33,739 bases of DNA from contig JAADVB010000208.1 of the NCBI GenBank assembly GCA_023334545.1, forward strand, positions 1-33,739, in the 5' to 3' direction. Under the pieces are notes generated by a model. That model had not been told where the DNA came from. It made no database searches and worked only from the letters and a program-made list of their open reading frames with translations. The first letter of the stretch is position 1; every line of letters begins with the position of its first letter. Position numbers and translations under genes: made by a program. Origin of the DNA: Salisapilia sapeloensis CBS 127946. Lineage: Eukaryota > Protista > Oomycota. Shown here piece after piece: positions 17,972-28,086 of the stretch.

Positions 17972-20512
17972 CTATTCCTTTGTCTGTCGTTGCTTTCGAA
18001 TGGTATCTACTAGTGTCGTATACGTCTGTTCTTGGAGATTCATGTCCGCTAGTTCCTTCTGTGCGACTTGTTTCATCCGTTTCGTACTATCCTTTTCTTT
18101 ATCATGCTTTCGTTTCTTACTTGCCTTCGGTTGCTCTGAGGTGACGACACTGGATGGTTTCGGCATTATCTCGTCCATGAAGCTCTGATACAATGTCGAC
18201 ATGGACGGAAGGACATGAGACGGAGCTTGAAGCAGTTCCTGCGCCTTGTTCGATGCGACGTGGGTCTTGGTAGGCGACGTCGATGGTTTCCTACTATCAG
18301 GTCGGAAGAGCTGCGATAGATGGTTCGATGAGCCACTCTTCTCGTCCTCTTGCGTCTGTCGGACGGACGTACCGAACTTCCACGCGTTGGACGTCGAGTC
18401 TAGGATGACGTAATCGTCGCATTGCTGTGGATGGAACGCCAAGGTTGAGACGGCATGTCCTGATGGGAGTGTAAAGGACGTTTTTTTTGTCGGCGTGGGC
18501 ACTTCTGGACGGAACTGACACACGACTGTATCGTCGTTAGACGTTTGTGTCCACAATAGGAATTCAGGTGCTTTCGGATGCGCTTGGATGCCAAACGCAG
18601 GTGATTTATCCCATGACGATGGTGCCGTCAACGACCAGTGGAGTGTCCACGTGAGCAAATCCCAGACTTGGACCGACTCGGCGCTTTGGAGGACCATGTA
18701 AGGGCATGTTTGTCCAGGGAAGAGGATGCTCGAGACACTGGTGCCATCTGCAGACGTGATGACGTGCTTGAGTGTGAGCTGCTGGACGTCCCACAACGTC
18801 ACGAGCTGTTTATAAGCCACGGCAAGGATCGACCCGTCTGGGGAGACACCACAGGACGTAATCGGGAGCTCGCGGTAGTGTACGGCGCTTTGACACGTCC
18901 ACTTTCTCGACTTATCCTTTGTCATTTCTTGCCCCCAGATCTTGAAGACACCCTTGGCATCGGTCGTGACCATCCAACAGTCATCTTGCTGATGCGAGAG
19001 GACAGGTCCGACGGCAATGCTGGTCACCTTGCTGTCATGAGGAGCATCGATGGACGTCGTGGGGACAAATGTTCCGTCACTGTCACGTTGCCAGAAGACG
19101 AGGCACTGCTCCATCGGTTTGGAGGATCCAAGACCGTCCATGTCTTCGACGTCAGTGTCCACATGGACACTCGTCGTCTCAGTCCAGTGCGAATGGAGCG
19201 TGGCAAGTGTTGTGCCTTTCGGACTAAATGCGACGAGCTCTGCGACGGTTTGCGGCATTTTGTCCGCAAGCTCCGTCTTGGACACTTGGTTACGAGAGGT
19301 AAGGGGTAGTGTCTGGAGGACATGATCCGTCATCGGGTCATAGAACTGGAGACGACCTTGGGACGATCCGGCATTGAGCGGAACGGACGATGTGACAGGG
19401 TCGAACACAAGTGTCCCCCATGGACACGTCTGGTGGACGTTTCCACCAGCACGAGCCAAGGCTTCGGCTGTCCACTGCACTTCCTTCGTCACGGGATCGT
19501 ACTGGAAGATCGTGTGATCCGACATGGAGACTGCGTAGTGTCCACCTGGAGATACGATCGTGTCCACATCGTTGGAGGACACGAGTCGAGGACGTACGGT
19601 CGACAAGGATGTGATTGGCGCCGTACGACGTGGGAGGTACGCGCGACGTCCAGAAGACAGGTGCCATCGGACGACGACACATTCGTGTCCGCCTGAGACG
19701 AGCCATTGTCCATCACTTGAATACACGACTGCTTGCACCGGATGCGCATGCCAATGGAGTGTGGAAGTGGACACGCTGATGTTGTCGCCGGATGTGGACA
19801 GATGGTATCGGCAAAGTTGTCCTTGTTGATCTCCGACAGTAAATTCCAACGCATTCGGGTGGACACTCGCCGTGGTAATGTTTCTCGTGTGTTGGAGTTT
19901 CGTGATGCGGTATCCATTCGGTTTCTCAGCGTCCATGAGGACACCAAAGACACGGTCATTGGCCGTGATGACAAGTACATCTCCTTCAAACGCTTCGTCG
20001 TCTTGCTGAATCCGAACACTTTGAACGTCAGCTGTCGTAAACGTCGTTTTCGAGTGTTCGACAATACTTCTCGAGTTTTTCTTCTTTCTTAAATTGTACT
20101 CCAACACATTCCATCTCGTCTTCTCATTCTGTTCTTTCGCAATCGCAATGTACACTATCGATGGACGATGCTGACTCACACCCATCCAAAGCAATTCCTT
20201 GCACTGGACAGAGTACGTTGCAAGAATTGTCTCTTCCGTGTAGTCCCATAGACAGATCTCGCCATTGGCATAGGCACAGAGAAGCTGGAGTGGGTTGAGA
20301 GCGTGCTGGCCAACGCTAACGACAGAACTGCGGTGGCTCGGACGGCATTCATGGAGAATACGGCCACTGGAAGACTGACGGACATACACGGTAGGGCCAA
20401 TGCGTTCGAATAGGAGCGTGCCGTCGCCAGAATAGACGAGTTTGGCATTCGCAGTCTGATTGTCCGTGTTCGGAGCCGTCAAAAGCTCCAAAGACGCATC
20501 ATTGGAAGACAT
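17972..20512 (-). CDS. WDR75: WD40 protein, WDR75/UTP17(NAN1)-like t-UTP subunit
   Basis: LHWHAHPVQAVVYSSDGQWLVSGGHECVVVRW...YLPR, GRLQFYD, IDAPHDSKVTSI, FSPDG-like SPDGSILAVAY...VTLWD. First ATG is 20512 (the track start at 20518 is TTG). Confidence 0.85.
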   Translation of the reverse strand: MSSNDASLELLTAPNTDNQTANAKLVYSGDGTLLFERIGPTVYVRQSSSGRILHECRPSHRSSVVSVGQHALNPLQLLCAYANGEICLWDYTEETILATYSVQCKELLWMGVSQHRPSIVYIAIAKEQNEKTRWNVLEYNLRKKKNSRSIVEHSKTTFTTADVQSVRIQQDDEAFEGDVLVITANDRVFGVLMDAEKPNGYRITKLQHTRNITTASVHPNALEFTVGDQQGQLCRYHLSTSGDNISVSTSTLHWHAHPVQAVVYSSDGQWLVSGGHECVVVRWHLSSGRRAYLPRRTAPITSLSTVRPRLVSSNDVDTIVSPGGHYAVSMSDHTIFQYDPVTKEVQWTAEALARAGGNVHQTCPWGTLVFDPVTSSVPLNAGSSQGRLQFYDPMTDHVLQTLPLTSRNQVSKTELADKMPQTVAELVAFSPKGTTLATLHSHWTETTSVHVDTDVEDMDGLGSSKPMEQCLVFWQRDSDGTFVPTTSIDAPHDSKVTSIAVGPVLSHQQDDCWMVTTDAKGVFKIWGQEMTKDKSRKWTCQSAVHYRELPITSCGVSPDGSILAVAYKQLVTLWDVQQLTLKHVITSADGTSVSSILFPGQTCPYMVLQSAESVQVWDLLTWTLHWSLTAPSSWDKSPAFGIQAHPKAPEFLLWTQTSNDDTVVCQFRPEVPTPTKKTSFTLPSGHAVSTLAFHPQQCDDYVILDSTSNAWKFGTSVRQTQEDEKSGSSNHLSQLFRPDSRKPSTSPTKTHVASNKAQELLQAPSHVLPSMSTLYQSFMDEIMPKPSSVVTSEQPKASKKRKHDKEKDSTKRMKQVAQKELADMNLQEQTYTTLVDTIRKQRQTKE

Positions 20513-20962
20513 GTTCAATTCAGTCGATCAGCAGCGAGCTCGAGTACAGGATGCAATAGAAAGAGACTTGGAAGTGGTACTACCGGCCGAGTTATAGCGT
20601 TCGTAGACCGGATCGAGGACCTTGATCGACCAATGTGGTTGGTTTTTGTTGGTTGTGGCGAGGGGGTATACAAAAAGCAAGATGTAAAGAGGGATAGTTC
20701 GTAACGGAATATATTTCCGTTATTTGTTCGAAAGAAATTGTATGAAAGCGAAAGAATGAGCTTTTCTAGTGCTTCCTGGTGACGATGATCATGCTCAAGC
20801 ACGTTTCTTGAAGCTCCTGTTCAAATCTCCTGTAGAACAGGATCCATTGTATTCATAAGAATGCGGTTGTCAATAAAAATAGTAGCGTGAAAGTTTATTT
20901 ATATCCTTTTCATTAACCGTTCTACCTTTTCTAAGCAGCATTTCCACTGCAGTGATCCAGCT

Positions 20963-21759
20963 ATGAATGAAGAACTAGAGTTCGAGTCAATATCATCGAC
21001 GCCTAATAATGCCATGCATGAAAATTCGTATCAAGAAAATGACTGGTATTTTAAATGTATTCGCACAACGTCTTTTAGTTCTCATTTGAGATAGTTGTGG
21101 TGATTTGGGTGACGATGAACTGAACGAACTGGAAGAGGACGATGAAGACTATCTCTGCAGGTCTGAATCTGCCGAAATCCTGTCGAAAAAGTATCTCGAA
21201 CGAGATCTTCTCAAGCAAAATTTGGTCGAAGAAGCCAAAGCGCGTCGTATGAACAAGTTCCGCAAACGCCAGCAACAGGTATAGAACTACATTTGCCTCA
21301 TCATCCCTAGTATGAACCATCGAGTAGATTCGCCAGTGGGAACAAAAGACTGCTGCATCTCCATTTCGAGTGAATCTGGTCGCTGAAACTGAGCGACTGG
21401 ATGAAGAGCATCGGATCCAGCAGGCGGAAGCCGCTCGTCAAGCTCGACTATTGGAAAAGCAGGCAAGGGATGCGAAGACGGAAGTCATTCTCAAGGTCTT
21501 GACGGAAGGTGAAGGTGATTTGGATCAATTGCGACGTGAAAAACGAGCGATATTAGAAGAGGAGAAGCGATTGAAAGCGCTTTTGGACTTGGAGAAGACG
21601 AATGCGCATCGTAAAGCAGATTTATTGGCCGCGAAGCATGCGGAGAAACAACGAAAACAGATGAGAGAGGAAGAGAGGAGGAAGGTGAAACGTCAGGAAG
21701 TGCATGAACGGGATGAAAAATATCGTCAATTGCTAAAAGAGAAGTTGGCAATCGAGTAA
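20963..21759 (+). CDS. Conserved-looking coiled-coil protein (3 exons: 20963-21045, 21095-21278, 21328-21759)
   Basis: Two 49-nt GT-AG introns give one continuous frame: MNEELEF...DEDYLCR...RKRQQQ|IRQWEQKTAASPFRVNLVAETERLDEE...LRREKRAILEEEKRLKALLDLEKTNAHRK. The ORF track shows only exon 3. Confidence 0.7.
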
Positions 21760-21793
21760 GACAATGTGGTTCAATCGAAAATACACGTTGGTT

Positions 21794-22212
21794 TTATTCT
21801 TGAGCAGTAGAGCGCTTTACGACGTAAATGCGGTTTCCATCGAGTGTCACGGCAAAGTCATAGCTTGGGAATTCGACTAGAAACAAAATAGATCAATCGA
21901 CTGCAGCTTTTTAAGAAACCGAGTGGATGGGGATATACCAATCATTCGATTAAGAGCTTCCGGCTTTGTGTCTTTATCGTCAGCTGTACCGGTGAAGATG
22001 CTCGATGCGTCCTGGAGCATATCAAATACAATTTTGGCTGCTTTTTCACCTGCGCTGTCGCTGAGTTCGCCCGTGGAAGACATCACTTCACCACCGTGGT
22101 TCATCACGAGGGTGCCTAGTTGGCCATTGATCATCCGGAGTGCTTCGGCATCCTAAAATTTCGTAGATATAAGTGTAGGTAGAGGAGAGAGAAGAGCGAT
22201 TGCTCGTACCAT
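21794..22212 (-). CDS. LAMTOR4: Ragulator subunit LAMTOR4-like (3 exons: 22212-22210, 22152-21939, 21876-21794)
   Basis: M|DAEALRMINGQLGTLVMNHGGEVMSSTGEL...ALNRMI|VEFPSYDFAVTLDGNRIYVVKRS resembles LAMTOR4 (QLGYLVL..G.V..SSGDL...VTVSGQRVFVVKR). Introns of 57 and 62 nt, GT-AG. Confidence 0.75.
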
Positions 22213-23378
22213 GTTTAGCACGCGGTAGGTAGTGCTTTATACTGTTCATATTTATCGGGACACGGTTTGCATTGAAAAGTCTCGTGAGACGAAAGATTTT
22301 GCCATTCTCTTTTTCTTTGCGATCGATATGGATTGGTATCTGATCCTGTGTACTAGCGATCACATGCGCGTGACGTTATCGGTGCCCTTTGAGACATCTT
22401 GGAGAAGGTAACTCTGGAGGTATGGCCGCGAGCGAATCGACCTCACAACCGGCTAGAAGCACATCTATTGCACCTGATCCTGTCTGGATCGAGGGAGCAA
22501 GCGAACAATAGAAGCTATACAGTCCGGAGTATTGAGCTTTCGTAGAACACGGCTTCTATCCATGAGGTCAAACGAAGCAATCCTACATCGCGAATCGTGG
22601 ATCGTGGAACCTGGTCTCGTGTCTATCCAAGATTCGCGACTTTCGGATTAGAAGCACGGGTGATGTGCATATCCATGAGGTGATCAGCTTGACTCAAAGG
22701 CAGATCGACGGATGGTAGTTTGATTGCTTACTTTTTCACCGTATCCTTCCGCCCAGTTTGCCAGCATCCTTTTGGATTCAACTAGGTAAAATCCGGTCTC
22801 GAAGTGCAGCCATCTCTCGTGCGTGCGGATCGTATTTAAACTTTTTAGGATGTCTCCATCTTGTATAGGTCTCCCCACCTTTGCACACCCAATGCACAGA
22901 TTGGTGGTCACACAGGCTGGAACCAGTCAGTTGCGTACATGACCAGAAACAGGGGGTCAGTAATCCCGCCGATCCTAGTTGATCTCATCTACATAAGCTG
23001 TAAAGGCCAAGAGAAAGCCTTTTCAAGTACTTGCATGTCTACCTAGCGCCTGCTACGACGTTCCGTATCCGACGTTTCCAAGAACGAGCTCAAGCGATGT
23101 ACGGCAGCCAGCGTACGGGGCGCTCATTCGCGCTGGCAGACGAGCCGATCCCAATGCACTGCCCACATTGTAGCATTAGCAACGTGCATAAACTGGTTGG
23201 TAAGCGCGCCGGTCATCCGGTGCTGACAGAATAAACTGCCTTTGCTGTTGCTTGACTTCTAAACTTCGATACAAGTTCACAGACGCTTGCTATCGTTTGA
23301 AAAGAAAGCGTGCTGCCGTTCGTGATCACCTCACTTTCTCTCTTTTCACCTACAACGTCGTAAGCAATCGATAAAACG

Positions 23379-24500
23379 ATGGGAAACGGCATGTCGGACC
23401 AGCGGAGTTTAACGCAAGTCACGCATCGCAGAGCACAGTATCACCACCCACATCTGAACCACGCGACGGATCAAGAGCCCGTTCTAAAAGACACGAGCCG
23501 GTCCCGCGTCAAGCGATTGCTCCAACCGTCACACCTCAAGCACAAACTAATTCTCTCGGTCCGACGCCATAGCGAAGCAGGGACCGTGAATTCCAGCAGT
23601 GCCGACAGTACACCAGAGTACACGACGACACTCGAGCAAGCTCGAAGCATTCATACGGTCGAAGAAGGTGAGATTAGCTCTTCTTCCCTCACGCCTGACG
23701 CACTACCGAGCATGAAGGAGACTTTCGACGTAGCGGAAGACGATAAAGCAGTCGAACGACAGCGACGTGCACAGGTAGCCGAACGTATTTTGGAAGAAAT
23801 TGCACATGAATTCGCGGCAAAACGTGCTGCTGGACTCGTACCGAGTATCCCAAAGCCAGCAGCGACTTTATTATGGGAAGAACGAGCGCAAAAGGAACGC
23901 ATGAAAGTTGGTGCTCGAGGCCACTGCGTCTTTGGACGCGACACAGACAGTGTCTGCGGATGCACAGACTATGAGAAGATTAAGGGCAAGTGGAACACTG
24001 GTGGCGTGTGTGAAGGATGCAACCACGGAGCAGTCTGGCACAAGCTCTCTGGCGGTGCGAACCTCCAGTCGACTACATCGAGCCGTAGCTCCGACATGAT
24101 GAAACGACACTACAGTTTACATGTGGAAGAAGAGGAGAAGGAACCGGAGGAAGAGGAAGATGAATTAATGAGTGACTTGGAGGATGAATTAAGTATGAAC
24201 GAGTCGAGCGATGAGGATGAAGACATTGCGAATGAGATAGCTCGACCGTTTAGTCAAGTCGCGGAGACTCGTGTCGGCTCGGATTTGTCCGAGATGAGCC
24301 CCCAAAGCATCGATCGTAGCTCTTTATTTTCGAACGATACGGGATTCGAAGGTAAAAATGGTACGAAGACGAATGTTCGATCGGATGTAAATCGAGACGT
24401 GAATCTACTCTTGGCAACGATCCAACAGTACCGAGATGCCGGGTACTCGGAACGACAGATCGAAGAGCGTATACGACACGAGTTCCATCGAAAGTTTTGA
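23379..24500 (+). CDS. Hypothetical 373-aa, largely disordered protein with a central Cys/His cluster; 5' end may extend to 23097 via introns
   Basis: Long ORF. Motif C-x9-C-x-C-x15-C-x2-C-x-H-x4-H at 23925-24041, an acidic tract and a short C-terminal helical segment. Confidence 0.7.
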   Translation: MGNGMSDQRSLTQVTHRRAQYHHPHLNHATDQEPVLKDTSRSRVKRLLQPSHLKHKLILSVRRHSEAGTVNSSSADSTPEYTTTLEQARSIHTVEEGEISSSSLTPDALPSMKETFDVAEDDKAVERQRRAQVAERILEEIAHEFAAKRAAGLVPSIPKPAATLLWEERAQKERMKVGARGHCVFGRDTDSVCGCTDYEKIKGKWNTGGVCEGCNHGAVWHKLSGGANLQSTTSSRSSDMMKRHYSLHVEEEEKEPEEEEDELMSDLEDELSMNESSDEDEDIANEIARPFSQVAETRVGSDLSEMSPQSIDRSSLFSNDTGFEGKNGTKTNVRSDVNRDVNLLLATIQQYRDAGYSERQIEERIRHEFHRKF

Positions 24501-25522
24501 AGAAAGCGGGACAACAGGTCGTACAATTTTGAAGCTGTAGTAATAAGTACACTAAGCAAGCTGTATTTCCATCTTTTAAAGCAAGTTTGTCTTTCGATAT
24601 TTTTCCGACCTTATTTCGTGCGTTTGGAACGATTGTGTCAAGTAGAAAGAAGTGGATCGAGTAAGTAGATTGGCGATAGAGGTGGACAGGAGAGTTCATG
24701 CTAGAGATACTTGGAAGATTGGACGGTATATGTTTGGATACATGAAAAGATATGCTTTTGATGTGGTACAGCGGAGGTAGATAAATTAGTGTGTTGACAG
24801 AGCTTGGTCATGAGATGATATGGAGTTAAAGTTCGATTTGCCTGAGCTTTGACTTTCTCCATGACAAGATGGATACTTTTCTATACGGCTGGAACAGTTT
24901 TTCTTGAAGTGTATTCGTGGTGTCGTCTTTGGTAGATTTTTCCGTTCAGTACTCGTTTCCGGAGCAGGAAGTGTGTACTTGTCGGAAGGAGAGACACTAC
25001 GGCAGGACATTTTGTCCCAGGATGATATAGATAGAGCGGAAAGTATCAAGTTGATCAATTGTAGTAGAAAGTCGGAAGATGACACGCTGTACAGGAGGGA
25101 CTGAACGACAAAGTCTACTACGAATCCACACTAGACAGCTTTATTCTAACAATCAATCGTACCAGAAAGTATCAACTCCTACAGTTGCGCCAGACTCTTA
25201 GTAGACCTGTAGCATGTATCTCTCTCCGCAGCGTTCATTCGTTTAATTGACTGAAATTTGAGTGTGGTATGTATCGTCCGACGACGTCGATGAGCTCCAC
25301 GTAGGATGCTTTAAACTAAATACACTAAATCGTAAATGTTGCTTTCTACTTGCCACATATTCATTACATCCTATTACCATAACAGGAACATGCAGGTGAT
25401 TAAAGTAGCATCAAGAGCCGATCGAGGTCGAGCTTGATGTGCGTTGGAATGTATCTTCAACAAAAGAGATTTCTCTTTTCTTTTTCTTAGCAAATTGCCA
25501 ACCAGTAACCTGAACAACCAAA

Positions 25523-26743
25523 ATGTCAACACGAGTGGTGCTGGACAAGAGTCTCTTTGATACATCTCTACGTGTACTCGGTTTGCGCGTGGAAGCCAAG
25601 AAGATTGGTGCAATCGTCCAAAAGCTCCATGGTCATCTATTAAACAAACCCAAGCTTCGGAACGTCGTGCCAGACCCTGCGAATCCCGATCCATACAAAA
25701 ACACCTCGAGCAAACTCGTTTTACTGAATGAAAGTATACAAGACAAACATACATTATCTCCCTTAAGCTCCGATCTCGTGGACTTTGTCAAGGAGCAGAA
25801 TGTCGATATTGTCGAACACGACGTCAAGCTCACGTACGACTACTTTTCCGTCGACCACGTCCTGCACAAACTCCTACCGGCCGACACAGAGGAGATCCCA
25901 TCATCCTTTGAAGGTGTGGGCCACATCGCCCATCTCAACCTCCGTGATCACTTGCTTCCATACAAAAACGTCATCGGACAAGTAATCGTCGATAAGAACC
26001 GTCCGCAGATCCGTACTTGTGTGAACAAGACGAGTAACATCGAGACTGAGTTCCGGACGTTCCCGATGGAAGTACTAGCAGGAGAAGACAATTTGAATGT
26101 GACTGTACGTGAAAGTGGGGCGACCTTCAAGTTTAATTATGCCGAAGTGTATTGGAATTCAAGGTTGCAGCAAGAGCATTTACGCTTGATTCGGAAGATC
26201 ACGGCATCGAAGAGACTTCATATTCTAGACATGATGTGTGGCGTAGGTCCGTTTGCTATCCCATTAGCTCTACAAGGATGCTACGTCTATGCGAATGACT
26301 TAAACCCCAAGAGTTTTGAATACTTGGAGAAGAATATTCGATTGAACAAGGTCTCGAAGACAGTCGAGGCGTTTAATCTAGACGGACGGAAGGCTGTGCA
26401 GCAAGTTATTGAGGCCGGAAAGAAGTTTGATCACGTCATTATGAACTTACCAGCAAGTGCACTCGAGTTCCTCGATGTCTTCAACGGTGCGTTTGATGGA
26501 TGGGAAGCGACTCAGCTGCCGACGATCCATTGTTACTGCTTTTCCACGGCGGATGACGTGGAAGCGGATGTCTTGGAGCGAGCGAGTCACTACCTCGGTG
26601 GTCAGCTATCTCGAGACGATGTCGAGTTCCACCAAGTTCGAGACGTTGCGCCGAAGAAAGTTATGATGTGTATCTCCATCCAGCTTCCGTCGCACATTGC
26701 GTTTCCATCGTCTAAACGACGCAAAGTAGAATCCAAAGATTGA
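25523..26743 (+). CDS. TRM5: tRNA (guanine-37-N1)-methyltransferase Trm5
   Basis: IPSSFEGVGHIAHLNLR, IGQVIVDKN, FRTFPMEVLAG, VYWNSRLQQEH, DMMCGVGPFAIP, ANDLNP, HVIMNLP, VRDVAPKKVMMCIS. Basic C-terminal KRRK. Confidence 0.95.
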   Translation: MSTRVVLDKSLFDTSLRVLGLRVEAKKIGAIVQKLHGHLLNKPKLRNVVPDPANPDPYKNTSSKLVLLNESIQDKHTLSPLSSDLVDFVKEQNVDIVEHDVKLTYDYFSVDHVLHKLLPADTEEIPSSFEGVGHIAHLNLRDHLLPYKNVIGQVIVDKNRPQIRTCVNKTSNIETEFRTFPMEVLAGEDNLNVTVRESGATFKFNYAEVYWNSRLQQEHLRLIRKITASKRLHILDMMCGVGPFAIPLALQGCYVYANDLNPKSFEYLEKNIRLNKVSKTVEAFNLDGRKAVQQVIEAGKKFDHVIMNLPASALEFLDVFNGAFDGWEATQLPTIHCYCFSTADDVEADVLERASHYLGGQLSRDDVEFHQVRDVAPKKVMMCISIQLPSHIAFPSSKRRKVESKD

Positions 26744-26772
26744 TCTCACAAAAGCTTTTTATCCAAATGTCT

Positions 26773-27786
26773 CTACATCTTTAATTTATCGTCATGCTCC
26801 TCTGCAAGTGCGCTGTTCTCGAACATGGACGTCACACGCATGACCACCGTCCACGTAATCGCTTGACCAGGCGCCATACGCGTCAATCGAGGCCACATGC
26901 CCTTCCACAACGCAGACAGACCTTCTTCCTTGGCAATCACCTTCATCGCGTGCAAAAAGCCGCGGTACTTTAGTTCCTGACCTTTTACCGTCTCTTGTGC
27001 CATCAGTCGCGTCTTGAGGACGTCCACGGGTGTGTTGAACATAGGTCCGAGACTTCCGGCGATGAGACCGTTGATGAACGGAACGTAATGCGGGAGCGTC
27101 TTGCCATCTCCATCCTGCTTGTGCCAGACGTGGTGGTTGAGCCACGCGAACGCCATGAAGTTAAAGGCCTGGTTGCTTCCTTGTCGCACCATCGTCGGCA
27201 CGTTGCCCTTCCACAGCACCGACAAGCCTTCGTTCTTGACGAGTTGTCGTGCGCAGTCCACTGGTCCTTTGAACTTGCCAACACCAACTTCCTTCTGCAT
27301 ACGTGTCTTGATCACTTCGAAAGGTGTGACAATCAGGATCGATTCAAAGCATCCCGCGAGCAACCCAGCGGAAAAGTTGATACCGTGCGTGATCGGTTTA
27401 TCCTTTCCACCCGCCAGTTTCTCCTTAAACCACGTGAAGGATCCGAATCGGAGCGCATACTTGAGCACCATGTTCGTCAAGAACGGCGACAGACCCTTGT
27501 ACAAGGCCATCGCGCCTTCCTGCTTGTAGATCGACGTACCACAGTGGATCATGCCTTTATACCGACCGTGATTATCAAGTTGCAGCCGTGTCTTCGTTAC
27601 ATCCAATGGTTGCAGTGTGCACGCCTCGGCAACACCACCAGCCATGCCTGCAAGCATCTTGACGTAGACCGGCACGGGTCGCGTCTTCAAGTTGCTCGAG
27701 AGCTGGTCTTTAATAGCGCTTGTAGCAACGATGTCATCTGACCTGCCTCGAGTAGCGTGGCGAACGAGTGGCGTGGAAGAGGTCAT
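26773..27786 (-). CDS. SFC1: Mitochondrial carrier, succinate/fumarate transporter SFC1-like
   Basis: Three PX[D/E]XXKXR motifs (PLDVTKTR, PFEVIKTR, PVDVLKTR). LKYALRFG, RQGSNQA and PRLTRMAPGQAI match SFC1-type substrate contact points. Confidence 0.85.
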   Translation of the reverse strand: MTSSTPLVRHATRGRSDDIVATSAIKDQLSSNLKTRPVPVYVKMLAGMAGGVAEACTLQPLDVTKTRLQLDNHGRYKGMIHCGTSIYKQEGAMALYKGLSPFLTNMVLKYALRFGSFTWFKEKLAGGKDKPITHGINFSAGLLAGCFESILIVTPFEVIKTRMQKEVGVGKFKGPVDCARQLVKNEGLSVLWKGNVPTMVRQGSNQAFNFMAFAWLNHHVWHKQDGDGKTLPHYVPFINGLIAGSLGPMFNTPVDVLKTRLMAQETVKGQELKYRGFLHAMKVIAKEEGLSALWKGMWPRLTRMAPGQAITWTVVMRVTSMFENSALAEEHDDKLKM

Positions 27787-28086
27787 CTTGTCGTTTGCTG
27801 CTTGTGCGCGTGGCGTCCGATCCGAAAGTGAAGTCAGCGGCGTGAAAAGGTGCGAGTGGCAGATTATAATTTATCGATGACGCTCTGGCGTGGTACTTGG
27901 TAATCCACTTTCGTATTTATGGAAATGCAAGGAATTGGACAAAAAAATCCGGCGGGTAGACGATTCTAGGTGACTGGTCGGTGGATGGGGGATGCTAAAT
28001 GAAGTATAGATTACTAGAGTGAGTGTGGAGGTAGAGAGGATGGACACGCAAGTCGCTGTTACTTTTTTTCACGTCTATTTTGTAGC

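Noticed and set aside
18297-20092. Many overlapping ORFs within WDR75 (e.g. 18638-19309 +, 19489-20064 -)
   Set aside because: Alternative-frame and antisense shadows in a GC-rich CDS; composition is Arg/Ser-rich noise.
640-20518. N-terminal extensions implied by the ORF track (640, 1596, 3449, 5928, 8520, 20518)
   Set aside because: They begin at non-ATG codons. For the four MARVEL genes, INR motifs lie near or downstream of those positions, supporting the next ATG; for ETFA and WDR75 the first ATG is only 6-9 nt downstream.
24120-24230. GAA/GAG-rich tract with a GATGAATTAA duplication
   Set aside because: Explained by an acidic low-complexity protein segment.
24250-25085. Minus-strand ORFs 24250-24699 and 24786-25085 and a candidate GTACGA..TACAG intron near 25090-25160
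   Set aside because: I could not build an open spliced model: the upstream exon has stops in all frames and there is no family signal. The ~1 kb spacer may still hold a UTR or ncRNA.
26995-27741. 248-aa + strand ORF opposite SFC1
   Set aside because: Antisense shadow of the carrier gene; no independent promoter or protein features.
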